64,000 bases of DNA from a bacterium (GCA_027624795.1 JAQBTX010000001.1:27170-91169), one strand, 5' to 3'. Shown: positions 18,164-28,034, numbered from the stretch's first letter. A program made the numbers and translations. Notes: generated from the letters alone by a model not told the origin.

Positions 18164-18191
18164 ATTATATATAATACCACAAAAAATGCAA
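18164..18191 (-). promoter_or_regulatory. Sigma70-like promoter for tuf
   Basis: Minus strand: TTGCAT (18191-18186), N16, TATAAT (18169-18164). Predicts a 5' UTR of about 139 nt containing an imperfect long hairpin (18066-18129). Confidence 0.55.
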
Positions 18192-18220
18192 GGGTGAAAG
18201 CATGCTACAATAGAGTGGCT

Positions 18221-21181
18221 ATGATTTCTGATCCCATCAAACTCAACACCAGTCAGCGCCAAGCCGTAGAATATACTTCTGGTCCTCTCCTTATTGTTGC
18301 TGGTGCTGGAACGGGCAAAACTAACACATTAGTTGAGAAGATAAAGTATCTGATAAGTGAGAAACTCGCAAAACCTGAAGAAATCCTCTGTCTTACGTTT
18401 ACTGAAAAAGCTGCCTATGAAATGGAAGAGCGGGTCGATAAGGCAATGCCCTATGGTTACTTTCAAATGTGGATCTCGACGTTTCACAAGTTTGCAGACG
18501 AAGTCCTCCGCAATGATATCTATCATATGGGTTTAAACCCCGCATACAATCTCATGACGCAAGCCCAGTCAATCCTTTTTTTGAAAAAGAACCTCTTTCA
18601 GCTTGATCTCAAGTACTTTCGACCGGTGAGTAATCCCAATAAGTTTATCGAAGGATTACTGCAACATTTTTCCCGGCTCCATGATGAGGATATTAGCCCG
18701 GAAGAATACGGGAAATGGGTGAGATCCCCGACTCCTCGCTCCGCTCGTCTCGAGGATGACGATAGTAGAAACCACGATGAACTCGATCAATACGCCGAAC
18801 TTGCCAGCGCCTACTCAACATATCAAAAGCTCAAGTTGGAACATGATGTCATGGACTTTGATGATCTTATTTATTATGCAATTAAGCTCTTTCGAGAGCG
18901 TCCCAATATATTAAAACAGTATCAAAAGAAGTTTAAATATGTCTTGGTTGATGAGTTTCAAGACACCAATATTGCACAGTATGAACTTATCAAACTACTC
19001 TGCCCACCCGATTCAAACCAACATCTGACGGTGGTTGGGGACGATTCTCAAGCAATTTACAAGTTCCGCGGAGCGTCAGTCTCAAACATCATGACATTCA
19101 TGGAGGATTATAAAACAGCCCACCAAGTCAGTCTTTTAGATAACTACCGCTCAAATCAAACTATCCTTAATCACGCGTATCGACTCATACAAAATAACAA
19201 TCCTGACACACTTGAAAGCAAGCTTGGAATCTCAAAGGAACTCGTCGGTCATGCAAAAAATATCAAAGATGCCGTGCAGTTTGAGTTATTTTCACATGGC
19301 AACACTGAGGCAGACTGGATTGCAGATACAATTAAAACGTTACATGAAACAAGATACACGCTCTCCGACTTTGCCATCCTCGTCCGCGCAAATAGCCACA
19401 GCGATCCCATCATAAATGCCCTAAAACGAAGTGGTATTCCCTATCAATTCTTGGGTCCGGGGACTCTTTTCAAGCAACCTGAAGTCAAAGACTTAATTGC
19501 GTATCTCCAAGTGCTTTCGGATCTTGACGACACTGTCTCTTTATACCGCGTTCTGAGTATGGAGCTCTTTGAGCTTGAAGAGCAGGATGTGGTGTTACTC
19601 ATGTCTTTTGCTAAAAAAACCTCTCTGTCACTTTTTCAGGCACTCGAAGTGTACCTGTCATTTTTCCACGATGAGTGGAGGAGTACTGAACATGAGATCT
19701 ATAAAGAGCATATTCCACTCATACCAGAAAAGACCCGCGAAAAACTCATTGTGATAATCCAGATGATCAAAAATCACTTGAAAAGACTTCGCAAAGATAG
19801 CGCTGGAGAAATCTTGTATGAATTCTTGGCAGACACGGGGTATTTATCAAAGCTGAGCAATCCTGAAAACGAATATGAGCAACAAAAAACGCTCAATGTC
19901 ACTAAATTTTTCCAAAAGCTCAAAAATATGGAGAATGAGATCGATGATACCTCGGTCTTTTCAGCTGTAGAATATATCAAAATGAGTATAGATATGGGAG
20001 AGTCCCCTCTTGCATCTGATTCTGACGCAATGCCCACGAATGCGGTGAATATCCTCACAGTTCACGGCGCAAAGGGTCTTGAGTTCCCTGTTGTTTTTAT
20101 GCCAGATCTCATAAAAGGTCGATTCCCAACAAACAATCGTCGAGAACAAATTCCCATCCCTGATGCACTTATCAAAGAGAAAATGCCTTCAGGCGATTAT
20201 CACATTCAAGAAGAAAGAAGGCTTTTTTATGTCGGACTTACCCGTGCAAAAGAAAGATTATTTCTTTCTGCCTCAGAGATATATGGCGAAGGCGTCCGGA
20301 AGAATCGCGTCTCCCCGTTTGTTGGAGAAACAGTCGGAGAAGAGGGCGTAACGAATAAATCAGCAATTCGTGCGGAACAAAAAGAGCAACTTTCAATCTT
20401 TGATTTCAAAAAAAAGCCAGAGAGTGAACCCATTCCGATTCCTACAGATATTAAAAATCTGTCCCACTCTCAGATAAATACTTACGAGATGTGTCCTCTG
20501 AAGTACAAATATCAGTATGTTTTAAAAATTCCAACCGGGGGAAACGCAGCTTCTTCATTTGGAAGTAGCATTCACCATGCGCTCCATAAGTTTTATAAAG
20601 GGTTTAGTACCGATCGAAGCTTTGGACTCACACATCTCATGAATCTGCTTGAAACCTCATGGATCCCGGTGGGATACAGATCTCGAGACGAGCAGTCACA
20701 GATGAAAGAAGAAGCGCGCCACATGCTCGAAAACTATTTTCATACCTTTCATAGTCCTGAAATTGAGATCATGGATCTTGAAAAACTGTTCAAAATACGA
20801 GTGGGAAGTGATATTTTTTTGACGGGAAAAATTGATCGTGTGGATACAAAAGCAGATGGAACTATAGAAATAATTGATTATAAAACCGGTAAAATGCCTG
20901 ATGAAAAGAAACTCAAAAAAGATATGCAACTTGCGATTTACGCCATGGCAGCAAGTGATTTTGGACTCTATCATAAACCAATTGAGAAGATCGATCTGTC
21001 TTTTTACTACCTCCAGCATAGAGAAAAAATCACCTTACAACGAACAGAGGAAGATATTCATACGGTCAAAATGCATGTGCGTGAAATCGCTGAGAAAATT
21101 CGTGAAGGAGTATTCCCTGCACAAAAAAGTAAGGCGTGTGACTTTTGTGATTTCAAGATGATCTGCGAGGCGTGGCAATGA
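18221..21181 (+). CDS. UvrD/PcrA-family SF1 helicase fused to a C-terminal PD-(D/E)XK (RecB/Cas4/AddB-like) nuclease with a Cys cluster
   Basis: Walker A AGAGTGKTN and VDEFQDTN. C-terminus has CPLKYKY..., GKIDRVD...IIDYKTGK, QLAIY and CDFCDFKMIC (C...CxxCx5C). ATG 18221 preferred over GTG 18194. Confidence 0.88.
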   Translation: MISDPIKLNTSQRQAVEYTSGPLLIVAGAGTGKTNTLVEKIKYLISEKLAKPEEILCLTFTEKAAYEMEERVDKAMPYGYFQMWISTFHKFADEVLRNDIYHMGLNPAYNLMTQAQSILFLKKNLFQLDLKYFRPVSNPNKFIEGLLQHFSRLHDEDISPEEYGKWVRSPTPRSARLEDDDSRNHDELDQYAELASAYSTYQKLKLEHDVMDFDDLIYYAIKLFRERPNILKQYQKKFKYVLVDEFQDTNIAQYELIKLLCPPDSNQHLTVVGDDSQAIYKFRGASVSNIMTFMEDYKTAHQVSLLDNYRSNQTILNHAYRLIQNNNPDTLESKLGISKELVGHAKNIKDAVQFELFSHGNTEADWIADTIKTLHETRYTLSDFAILVRANSHSDPIINALKRSGIPYQFLGPGTLFKQPEVKDLIAYLQVLSDLDDTVSLYRVLSMELFELEEQDVVLLMSFAKKTSLSLFQALEVYLSFFHDEWRSTEHEIYKEHIPLIPEKTREKLIVIIQMIKNHLKRLRKDSAGEILYEFLADTGYLSKLSNPENEYEQQKTLNVTKFFQKLKNMENEIDDTSVFSAVEYIKMSIDMGESPLASDSDAMPTNAVNILTVHGAKGLEFPVVFMPDLIKGRFPTNNRREQIPIPDALIKEKMPSGDYHIQEERRLFYVGLTRAKERLFLSASEIYGEGVRKNRVSPFVGETVGEEGVTNKSAIRAEQKEQLSIFDFKKKPESEPIPIPTDIKNLSHSQINTYEMCPLKYKYQYVLKIPTGGNAASSFGSSIHHALHKFYKGFSTDRSFGLTHLMNLLETSWIPVGYRSRDEQSQMKEEARHMLENYFHTFHSPEIEIMDLEKLFKIRVGSDIFLTGKIDRVDTKADGTIEIIDYKTGKMPDEKKLKKDMQLAIYAMAASDFGLYHKPIEKIDLSFYYLQHREKITLQRTEEDIHTVKMHVREIAEKIREGVFPAQKSKACDFCDFKMICEAWQ
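18723..18760 (-). repeat. Hairpin-element copy E (long-loop subtype, inverted orientation), in frame in the helicase gene
   Basis: The reverse complement reads GTCATCCTCGAGACGAGCGGAGCGAGGAGTCGGGGATC. Stem TCCTCG/CGAGGA. Locally GC-rich. Translated as SPTPRSARLEDDD. Confidence 0.6.
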
Positions 21182-21833
21182 CTTTATACCTCAGCACCAC
21201 CTCATCCTCAAGTTTTTCGACCGATTCAAGTTTGAACTGGGGCACTTCGTCAGGAGGAAATAGAATACCCTCGACCATGGTCAGAGTTTTGTCAGGCAGT
21301 GATCCAAATATTTTGGGAGCAATCGTGAGATGGATCTCATCGAGAACTCTCGCTTCAAGCAGTTGAGCAATAAGGTTTGGCCCTCCATCAATAAAAACGT
21401 TTTTGTAGCCTTTGGAGTTCAAATACTCTATTAACTTTTGTGGCGTAACTCGTGATTCTCCTTCGTTTGGTGTCAAAATGGTGGGCTTAAATCCATGATC
21501 ATTTTTTAATGCATTATGAAGTTCTTCATCAGGACGAGAAGTGATAACAATGTATTCTGGTAAAGGTGGCTTGCCAAGGTCTTTTCTAAATCCTTGGTAC
21601 ATATCTTCATGAATCCTTTTTATAATGTATTTGGCAAAACGAACTGCTGTATTTCTGGCATCAACTAGAGCATCAGCATGCGCGCGAAGATAGGTAAAAT
21701 ACTCTTTATCTTTTTCCGTCCCAATCGGCCAGTAGCCTTTCTCTTTTACGATAATTTTTCCGTCAATAGATGAGATAAAGCTGGTGAAAAGGTATGGTCG
21801 ATCTGGATGAGTCGGAAAAACGAAAGGTTGCAT
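21153..21833 (-). CDS. RibD C-terminal domain / dihydrofolate-reductase-like reductase
   Basis: PYLFTSFISSIDGKI...VFIDGGPNLIAQLLEARVLDEIHLTIAPKIFG is typical of the RibD_C/DHFR-like fold. ATG 21833. Confidence 0.75.
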   Translation of the reverse strand: MQPFVFPTHPDRPYLFTSFISSIDGKIIVKEKGYWPIGTEKDKEYFTYLRAHADALVDARNTAVRFAKYIIKRIHEDMYQGFRKDLGKPPLPEYIVITSRPDEELHNALKNDHGFKPTILTPNEGESRVTPQKLIEYLNSKGYKNVFIDGGPNLIAQLLEARVLDEIHLTIAPKIFGSLPDKTLTMVEGILFPPDEVPQFKLESVEKLEDEVVLRYKVIATPRRSS

Positions 21834-21864
21834 ACAGTATTGTACCTCAATTCTCAATTTATTT

Positions 21865-22521
21865 TTACTTCTGAGTGTCAGACCGAAGCCACTTTACGCC
21901 CCAATATACTAGAGGTGTTTCGATCACTGACATCGAGCATTTAAGAAGCCAATACGGCACAATCAAGCTCACTAGAAATCCAACGTTAGCGTCAAACCCT
22001 CTGTCAAGTGAGTAAAATGCTAGAAACATAAACACAGTTGTATCTATAAGCTGCGCTACAAAGTTTGAGGCATTATTTCGAAGCCAAAGCCTACTCTTTC
22101 CAAGACGTGCTCGTATGCGTGCAAAAATGAAAATGTCAAGAAAATCAGCAAGCGCAAAGGCAGTCAGACTTGCAATAGTGATGCGAAGCGATTTTCCAAA
22201 AATCGAGTCATATGCTTCTTCTGACCCAGCAAAACGTGCAGATGGGGGAAGTGATATTGCAAGAAGGATAAACCCCATAAGAAGAACTATCATGAAAAGT
22301 CCCGTGCGGACAATACTCCTTGCTCGCTCTGCTCCGTAGACTTCAATGACCATATCGTTAATCGTAAAAAGCAGTGGAATAACAAAGATCGCAACACTGG
22401 CATTGAGTGTAAATGTTCCAATCGTTAAAAGAGGAAAGGTCTTAGCCCCCATAAGCTCTGCTACTATTATGCCAAATATATAGATCCCTACCAAGAGGTC
22501 CATTTTTTGCATCTTGAACAT
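21865..22521 (-). CDS. Queuosine-precursor transporter family membrane protein (YhhQ/DUF165)
   Basis: Polytopic. TINDMVIEVYGAERAR and NFVAQLIDTTVFMFLAFY align with the E. coli YhhQ motifs (DLTVRIFG..., GNVSDTLAFFFIAF). Confidence 0.75.
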   Translation of the reverse strand: MFKMQKMDLLVGIYIFGIIVAELMGAKTFPLLTIGTFTLNASVAIFVIPLLFTINDMVIEVYGAERARSIVRTGLFMIVLLMGFILLAISLPPSARFAGSEEAYDSIFGKSLRITIASLTAFALADFLDIFIFARIRARLGKSRLWLRNNASNFVAQLIDTTVFMFLAFYSLDRGFDANVGFLVSLIVPYWLLKCSMSVIETPLVYWGVKWLRSDTQK

Positions 22522-22596
22522 ATTTTTTTATTATTAGTAATTGATTTATGAATTATGATTTAAGAATCATGAACCTTAAATCTAAATTCTATATTC

Positions 22597-23958
22597 TTAA
22601 TGAGATAGTATACCACGAATAGTGGGGTACAGATCGCTTATTAAGTAGAGTGAACCCGTTATAACTAATATGTTTGATCCATCGTTCCATGCAATACGCA
22701 ATGCATCGATCGCATGAGGGTATGACTCTGTGGTGACCCTAGAACCTGATTCTTTTATACGTTTCTCTATATTTCCAGTTGATTCGGGATGGATCATATA
22801 GGTACCATCTTGTTTGGCAAATTCAGTTATATACATATGACGCGCAAGGGGGAGGATGAGATCTAACATCGATTCGTAATCTTTACCCCGCTTAAATCCA
22901 ATCAAAAAATCAAATTTCTTGTTTGGATATATTGTTTTCAAACTTTCTATAAAAGCAGACATTTTCTGTGGGTTGTGTGCTCCATCGAGGATAATCTTTT
23001 TCTCACCATAATCTATGATTTCAAATCTCCCCGGTGAAGTTATGGATTGTAATGTTTCTCGAGTAGCAGCTTCATCAATGGTAAACCCATCGCGCTTAGA
23101 TAATTCATACAACACACTCAGTGCAATTGAGACATTTTCTACCTGATATTCGCCTTTGAGGGAAAGCTCAATATCTGACAATGTTAAATCGTCATAATGG
23201 TAATTAAATATGCTGCCCTTGAGGCTTGATCGAAGACCAAAATATGTTTTGTGGGGAACAACGTAGTTCACCGATATGTTGCACGTTTGTGCGCGCTTTT
23301 CAATGACTGCATTAATACCTTCTTCTTGCTGTAAAACAACGACCATGTTGTTAGGGTGAATGATGGCTGCCTTTTCAGTTGCAATTTTTTCAACCGTATC
23401 TCCCAAGATTTCAGTATGATCTAAGCCAATTCGAGTAATAACAGCAAGTTTATTTGATTGCCTTGCAATATTTGTGGCATCGAGCCTGCCGCCCATGCCC
23501 GTTTCCATAACTGCATAATCTACACCTTCCTTATAAAAGATGTAATAGGCAAGCATGACAGTTATTTCAAAATAAGTCGGGTGACCAACACTGCTTAATC
23601 GCATCTTTTCGAGAATGGGTGAGATTTCACTTATGTATGAACAAATAGTTTCTACCGGAAGGAGCGTGTCATTTATAGAAAACCGCTCACGCATGTCTAT
23701 GAGATGGGGAGAGATACTTGATCCCACCTTGAAACCTTGTGCATGAAGAAGAGAGCTGAGAATCCGAGTCGTCGAACCTTTCCCTGATGTACCAGCAATA
23801 TGCACCACTTTAATGTTGTTTTGCGGATTTCCCAGTTTTTCTGCCAAATACTCAGTTCGATCAAATGAAAAATCACTCCCTCCTTGAGAATGCTTATTAT
23901 TTTCATCACGAAAGGTATACAGATATTCTTGTGCTTGTTTAAGTGTTTTAATGTTCAT
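22597..23958 (-). CDS. folC: Folylpolyglutamate synthase / dihydrofolate synthase
   Basis: Mur-ligase P-loop HIAGTSGKGSTT, SPHLIDMRERF, DGAHNP. Confidence 0.9.
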   Translation of the reverse strand: MNIKTLKQAQEYLYTFRDENNKHSQGGSDFSFDRTEYLAEKLGNPQNNIKVVHIAGTSGKGSTTRILSSLLHAQGFKVGSSISPHLIDMRERFSINDTLLPVETICSYISEISPILEKMRLSSVGHPTYFEITVMLAYYIFYKEGVDYAVMETGMGGRLDATNIARQSNKLAVITRIGLDHTEILGDTVEKIATEKAAIIHPNNMVVVLQQEEGINAVIEKRAQTCNISVNYVVPHKTYFGLRSSLKGSIFNYHYDDLTLSDIELSLKGEYQVENVSIALSVLYELSKRDGFTIDEAATRETLQSITSPGRFEIIDYGEKKIILDGAHNPQKMSAFIESLKTIYPNKKFDFLIGFKRGKDYESMLDLILPLARHMYITEFAKQDGTYMIHPESTGNIEKRIKESGSRVTTESYPHAIDALRIAWNDGSNILVITGSLYLISDLYPTIRGILSH

Positions 23959-24088
23959 TATCTAAGCTAGTATTGTACCAATAAATGAGTAAATGAATAT
24001 ATGGGTACCTTAAATCTATAATTCAAGTTGTATTTATGAGTCCAGTTTGATACCCTGTTTCAAATAATTATTAATTCATATATTTATC

Positions 24089-25423
24089 ATGGTTAATAAG
24101 CAAAAAGATACAAAGATCTATGACCTGATTAAAGAAGAAACTGCCCGGCAAAAGCATGGAATTGAATTAATCCCCTCAGAAAACTACGCATCAGCACATG
24201 TTCGTGCTCCACTTTCTTCTCCGTTTGTGAATAAATATTCAGAAGGATACCCGTATAAACGATATTACGGAGGCAATGAATTTGTAGACCAAGTGGAATC
24301 ATTGGCTCAAGAACGAGTTAAAAAATTATTTGGTGTGGAATATGCAAATGTGCAGCCTTACTCTGGATCACCTGCTAACTTTGCAGTATATATGGCTACG
24401 GTTAAGCCGGGAGATACCATTATGGGGCAAGCGCTCATAACGGGTGGTCATCTGACCCACGGATCTCATGTATCGTTTAGCGCCATATATTTTAATAGTG
24501 TCCAATATGGAGTAATGACCAAACGAAAAGGAAAAGATGGATTGTTTGATTTTGATGAAATTCGAAAACTTGCTAAAAAACACAAGCCAAAGCTCATATG
24601 GGTAGGCGCTTCAGCGTACCCTCTCGAAATACCTTTTAAAAAGTTTGCTCAAATTGCCGATGAAGTAGGAGCATACTTAGTGGCAGATATAGCTCACATT
24701 GCAGGACTCGTTGTTGCCGGAGAACATCCATCACCCGTTCCCCATGTCCACATAGTCACTACGACAACCCATAAAACACTTCGGGGTCCACGTGGAGGCA
24801 TAATTATGGTTACCAAAAAGGGATTGAAAAAGGATCCAGAATTACCCATGAAAATCAATAAAGCCATATTTCCCGGGCTCCAGGGAGGACCTCATGATAA
24901 CCAGACAGCCGCAATAGCTGTTGCGCTATATGAAGCATCGCAACCATCTTTTAAAACCTATGCCAAACGCATAAAAGCAAATTCAGAAGCGTTGGCCAAG
25001 ACACTTATGGATGGAGGACTCACTTTAGTAGGAGATGGTTCTGAAAATCATCTTATTCTTGTTGATTTAACCACCACACATGGTGCTGGTTCAGGTTGTT
25101 TTGCCGAATATGCACTTGATGCAATGGGTCTCACTTTGAATAAAAATACCGTACCTGGAGAACAAAGCTCACCATTCTATCCATCAGGAATACGACTGGG
25201 TACACCCGCTGCAACCACTCGTGGTATGAATATAAAAGACATGAAATTTATTGGGAAGATGATGCTCAAGGTCTTGGAACTTACCAAAAAGTACTTGTTA
25301 CCCGATAAAACTCAACGAATTGAATATATCGCCAAATTTAAAAAAGAGATAGATAAGAACAAAGATATCAAGAAATGGAAAAAGGAAGTGAAGGCATTTG
25401 CCTCACCCTTTCTGATTCCGTAA
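24089..25423 (+). CDS. glyA: Serine hydroxymethyltransferase
   Basis: LIPSENY...YSEGYPYKRYYGG...VTTTTHKTLRGPRGG (PLP lysine). Confidence 0.95.
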   Translation: MVNKQKDTKIYDLIKEETARQKHGIELIPSENYASAHVRAPLSSPFVNKYSEGYPYKRYYGGNEFVDQVESLAQERVKKLFGVEYANVQPYSGSPANFAVYMATVKPGDTIMGQALITGGHLTHGSHVSFSAIYFNSVQYGVMTKRKGKDGLFDFDEIRKLAKKHKPKLIWVGASAYPLEIPFKKFAQIADEVGAYLVADIAHIAGLVVAGEHPSPVPHVHIVTTTTHKTLRGPRGGIIMVTKKGLKKDPELPMKINKAIFPGLQGGPHDNQTAAIAVALYEASQPSFKTYAKRIKANSEALAKTLMDGGLTLVGDGSENHLILVDLTTTHGAGSGCFAEYALDAMGLTLNKNTVPGEQSSPFYPSGIRLGTPAATTRGMNIKDMKFIGKMMLKVLELTKKYLLPDKTQRIEYIAKFKKEIDKNKDIKKWKKEVKAFASPFLIP

Positions 25424-25440
25424 TCGTATAATACTCATAT

Positions 25441-25746
25441 ATGATTCGATTTCTTATTGCAGGAGACGTGGTAATGGCCGCAGTTACTGCGTGGAAATTC
25501 AAAATGCTTCCCAGCGAAGTGCCTTTATTTTACTACAAGCCGTGGGGCGAAGAACAAGTGGCTGACATTTGGTTTATACTCCTTATTCCTATACTTATAC
25601 ATCTTATGTATTTTTCAAATATCTACCTGAGTAAAAAGCTTGCTAAAGATGAACCAGTTATACAAAAGTTGTTTTTAGTAGCAAATAGTATTGTAATTTT
25701 CGGGCTCACGAGTATTTTTGTCCGCATTATATTACTTATCACGTAA
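25441..25746 (+). CDS. Small integral membrane protein, function unknown
   Basis: 101 aa with three hydrophobic segments. Tightly packed between glyA and the GT4 gene. Confidence 0.55.
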   Translation: MIRFLIAGDVVMAAVTAWKFKMLPSEVPLFYYKPWGEEQVADIWFILLIPILIHLMYFSNIYLSKKLAKDEPVIQKLFLVANSIVIFGLTSIFVRIILLIT

Positions 25747-25748
25747 TT

Positions 25749-26810
25749 ATGGATATATTTGCATTTATCATCGCTATGATAGCATTTGTCATAGCGTACA
25801 CAACTACTCCAATCACCATATTTCTTGCAAAAAAATTTGGATTGGTGACTGATAGCGCGTCTGACTCACATCCCGCACATACACACCAGGGAATTATCCC
25901 TCGTGCTGGTGGAGTACCTATCTATGTGGCTATTCTTTTTTGCTCGATTGTCTTTTTAGATATCAATAAAATTATTGTAGGTATTCTTATTGCAGCAGGA
26001 CTTCTGGTTATCATTGGACTTTTAGATGATAAATACGATCTTTCTCCTTACATGCGATTTATTATGAATATTGCAATTGCAGTGTTGGTCGTATTGTTTG
26101 GGTTAGGTATACCGTTTGTATCCAATCCATTTGGCGGCGTTATCCCGCTTGATGAATGGACATTGTCTCTTAACATTTTTGGAATTCGAAATATTCTTAT
26201 TATTGCGGACATCATCTCTATTGCGTGGCTTGCATGGATGATGAATATGGTAAATTGGAGTAAGGGTGTGGATGGTCAACTTCCCGGATTTGTATCAATC
26301 ACTGCATTCTTCCTTGCCATTCTTGCAACTCGATTTACCGCCCATGATATCGATGCTACTACGGTAATGCACTTATCACTTATTGTGGGATCCGCGTACT
26401 TAGGATTCCTTCCTCATAATTTCTTTCCACAAAAAATCATGCCGGGGTATGGTGGGGGAGCCATGGCAGGCTTTCTACTTGGCATATTGGCTATCCTTTC
26501 ATTTGGAAAGTTTGGTACCGCGGTGCTCGTACTGGCTATTCCCACGATTGACGCAGTGTACACAGTTATACGACGCATTCATCAAAAGAAATCTCCCTTT
26601 CGAGCTGACTGGGGACATTTTCATCATCGATTAATAGATATTGGTTGGGGAAAACGAAGAATTGCCGTGTTCTATTGGCTGGTGTCACTCATGCTTGGTA
26701 TAGCTAGTATGATTCTTGAAGGTATTGAAAAGCTCGTGATATTTATCATGGTAGGTATTGCCTTACTTAGTTTTATCATAATTACCGATCGAGCAAAAAA
26801 ACTCCAATAA
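25749..26810 (+). CDS. Glycosyltransferase family 4 polyprenyl-phosphate sugar-1-phosphate transferase (MraY/WecA-like)
   Basis: About 10 TM segments. LLDDKYDLSPY and NMVNWSKGVDGQ (NxxNxxDGxDG-like) motifs. Confidence 0.85.
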   Translation: MDIFAFIIAMIAFVIAYTTTPITIFLAKKFGLVTDSASDSHPAHTHQGIIPRAGGVPIYVAILFCSIVFLDINKIIVGILIAAGLLVIIGLLDDKYDLSPYMRFIMNIAIAVLVVLFGLGIPFVSNPFGGVIPLDEWTLSLNIFGIRNILIIADIISIAWLAWMMNMVNWSKGVDGQLPGFVSITAFFLAILATRFTAHDIDATTVMHLSLIVGSAYLGFLPHNFFPQKIMPGYGGGAMAGFLLGILAILSFGKFGTAVLVLAIPTIDAVYTVIRRIHQKKSPFRADWGHFHHRLIDIGWGKRRIAVFYWLVSLMLGIASMILEGIEKLVIFIMVGIALLSFIIITDRAKKLQ

Positions 26811-26813
26811 TGT

Positions 26814-28034
26814 ATGTCTAAAAAATCAATCGTCATAGGGGTTTCATCGGGAATAGCTGCTTATAAAATTCTTGATCTAATAACTATCTTTAAAAAGCAG
26901 GGCCACGATGTGCATGTGATGATGACTCAGAAAGCTTCGCACATTCTGTCTCCGGGAAAAGTTGAAAAGCTTACCGGACATCCGGTATATATGCATCTAT
27001 TTGATAATGATTTTTCATATGAACAGATATTAAAGCAGAAAAAAGTAGATCATATTGAACTTGCTAAACATGCCGATATATTTGTCATCGCGCCAGCTAC
27101 TGCCAATATTATTGCCAAACTTGCCAACGGTTTAGCAGATGATTTCTTAACTACTTCAATTTTAGCTACTCATGCACCAGTACTCATCTGCCCTTCTATG
27201 AATGATGTCATGTGGAATCACCCGGCAACTTCGAAAAATTTAACCATTCTGAAAAGCTATGGCTATGAACTACTAGATCCTGCAACTGGATCACTAGCCT
27301 GTGGGACCGATGGTATTGGGAGATTGCCTGAGATGGATGTTATTGCAAAAGCTACTCATGAAGTATTAGAGAGAACTCAGTTGCTTGCTGGTAAAAAAAT
27401 TATCGTAACTTCTGGTGGCACTAGTGAACCCATAGATGATGCGCGCGTAATAACGAATAGATCTTCTGGCAAGATGGGTGTTGCACTTGCTGAAGCTGCG
27501 TTTCGATATGGAGCAGAGGTGACACTCCTCCGTTCACATAATTCTGTACTTTCGCACCTCCCCATAACACAAAAAGCCTACGCTTCGGTTACTGAACTAT
27601 CATCTCTTATGAAAAAAGAAGTCAAAAACAATGACATAGTCATTCATGCTGCAGCGGTTTCAGATTTTACCGTAACCAAAGCAGGGGAGAAGTTAGAGAG
27701 TTCCACTCCCCATTCTATAACCCTCTCCCCTACCAAAAAAATAATAAATGAGATTAAAAAAATAAATCCAAAAATAATACTTATTGGTTTTAAAGCGGTC
27801 ACTAATGTCATCCCGAGCGCAGTCGAGGGATCCCTTCAAAAACTCTTTGATGATGCTCATGCCGATTATGTGATCGTAAACGATATTAGTCGGAGCGATA
27901 TTGGTTTTGAATCAGATGAAAATGAAGTGTATGTTGTAGACAGTAATAAAATAATAAAACACATACTTAAAGCGCCAAAACGAGAAATTGCGAACGAGAT
28001 ATTAAAAACGATCTTTATAAATCGCTCATTATAG
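26814..28034 (+). CDS. coaBC: Bifunctional phosphopantothenoylcysteine decarboxylase / phosphopantothenate-cysteine ligase
   Basis: N-terminal flavoprotein (GVSSGIAAYK, PATANIIAKLANGLADD, CPSMN). C-terminal CoaB (ITNRSSGKMG, AAAVSDF). Confidence 0.92.
   Translation: MSKKSIVIGVSSGIAAYKILDLITIFKKQGHDVHVMMTQKASHILSPGKVEKLTGHPVYMHLFDNDFSYEQILKQKKVDHIELAKHADIFVIAPATANIIAKLANGLADDFLTTSILATHAPVLICPSMNDVMWNHPATSKNLTILKSYGYELLDPATGSLACGTDGIGRLPEMDVIAKATHEVLERTQLLAGKKIIVTSGGTSEPIDDARVITNRSSGKMGVALAEAAFRYGAEVTLLRSHNSVLSHLPITQKAYASVTELSSLMKKEVKNNDIVIHAAAVSDFTVTKAGEKLESSTPHSITLSPTKKIINEIKKINPKIILIGFKAVTNVIPSAVEGSLQKLFDDAHADYVIVNDISRSDIGFESDENEVYVVDSNKIIKHILKAPKREIANEILKTIFINRSL
27806..27834 (+). repeat. 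Hairpin-element copy A (imperfect stem), in frame in coaBC
   Basis: TGTCATCCCGAGCGCAGTCGAGGGATCCC shares the GTCATCC...GGGATC termini and the GAGCG..AGTC..GGGA core with copies E and G. Translated as VIPSAVEGS. Confidence 0.5.

Noticed and set aside
22579-24030. Direct repeat CCTTAAATCTA on both sides of folC (about 22583 and about 24011), as a possible cassette boundary.
   Set aside because: It is only an 11-12-mer in very AT-rich intergenic DNA. Matches of this length are expected by chance many times in 64 kb, and there is no associated structure or recombinase.
23959-24088. A possible riboswitch (THF/ZTP) or T-box in the folC/glyA divergent region. Also considered: a T-box upstream of argS (40866-40892) or of the aaRS-like gene (38362-38431).
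   Set aside because: None of the conserved cores I know (for example the ZTP GGGUCGUG...CCGCCUGGGCA, or the T-box AGGGUGGNACCGCG) is present. The spacers are AT-rich and too short. The AT-only hairpin plus T6 at 38366-38413 is too weak to call.
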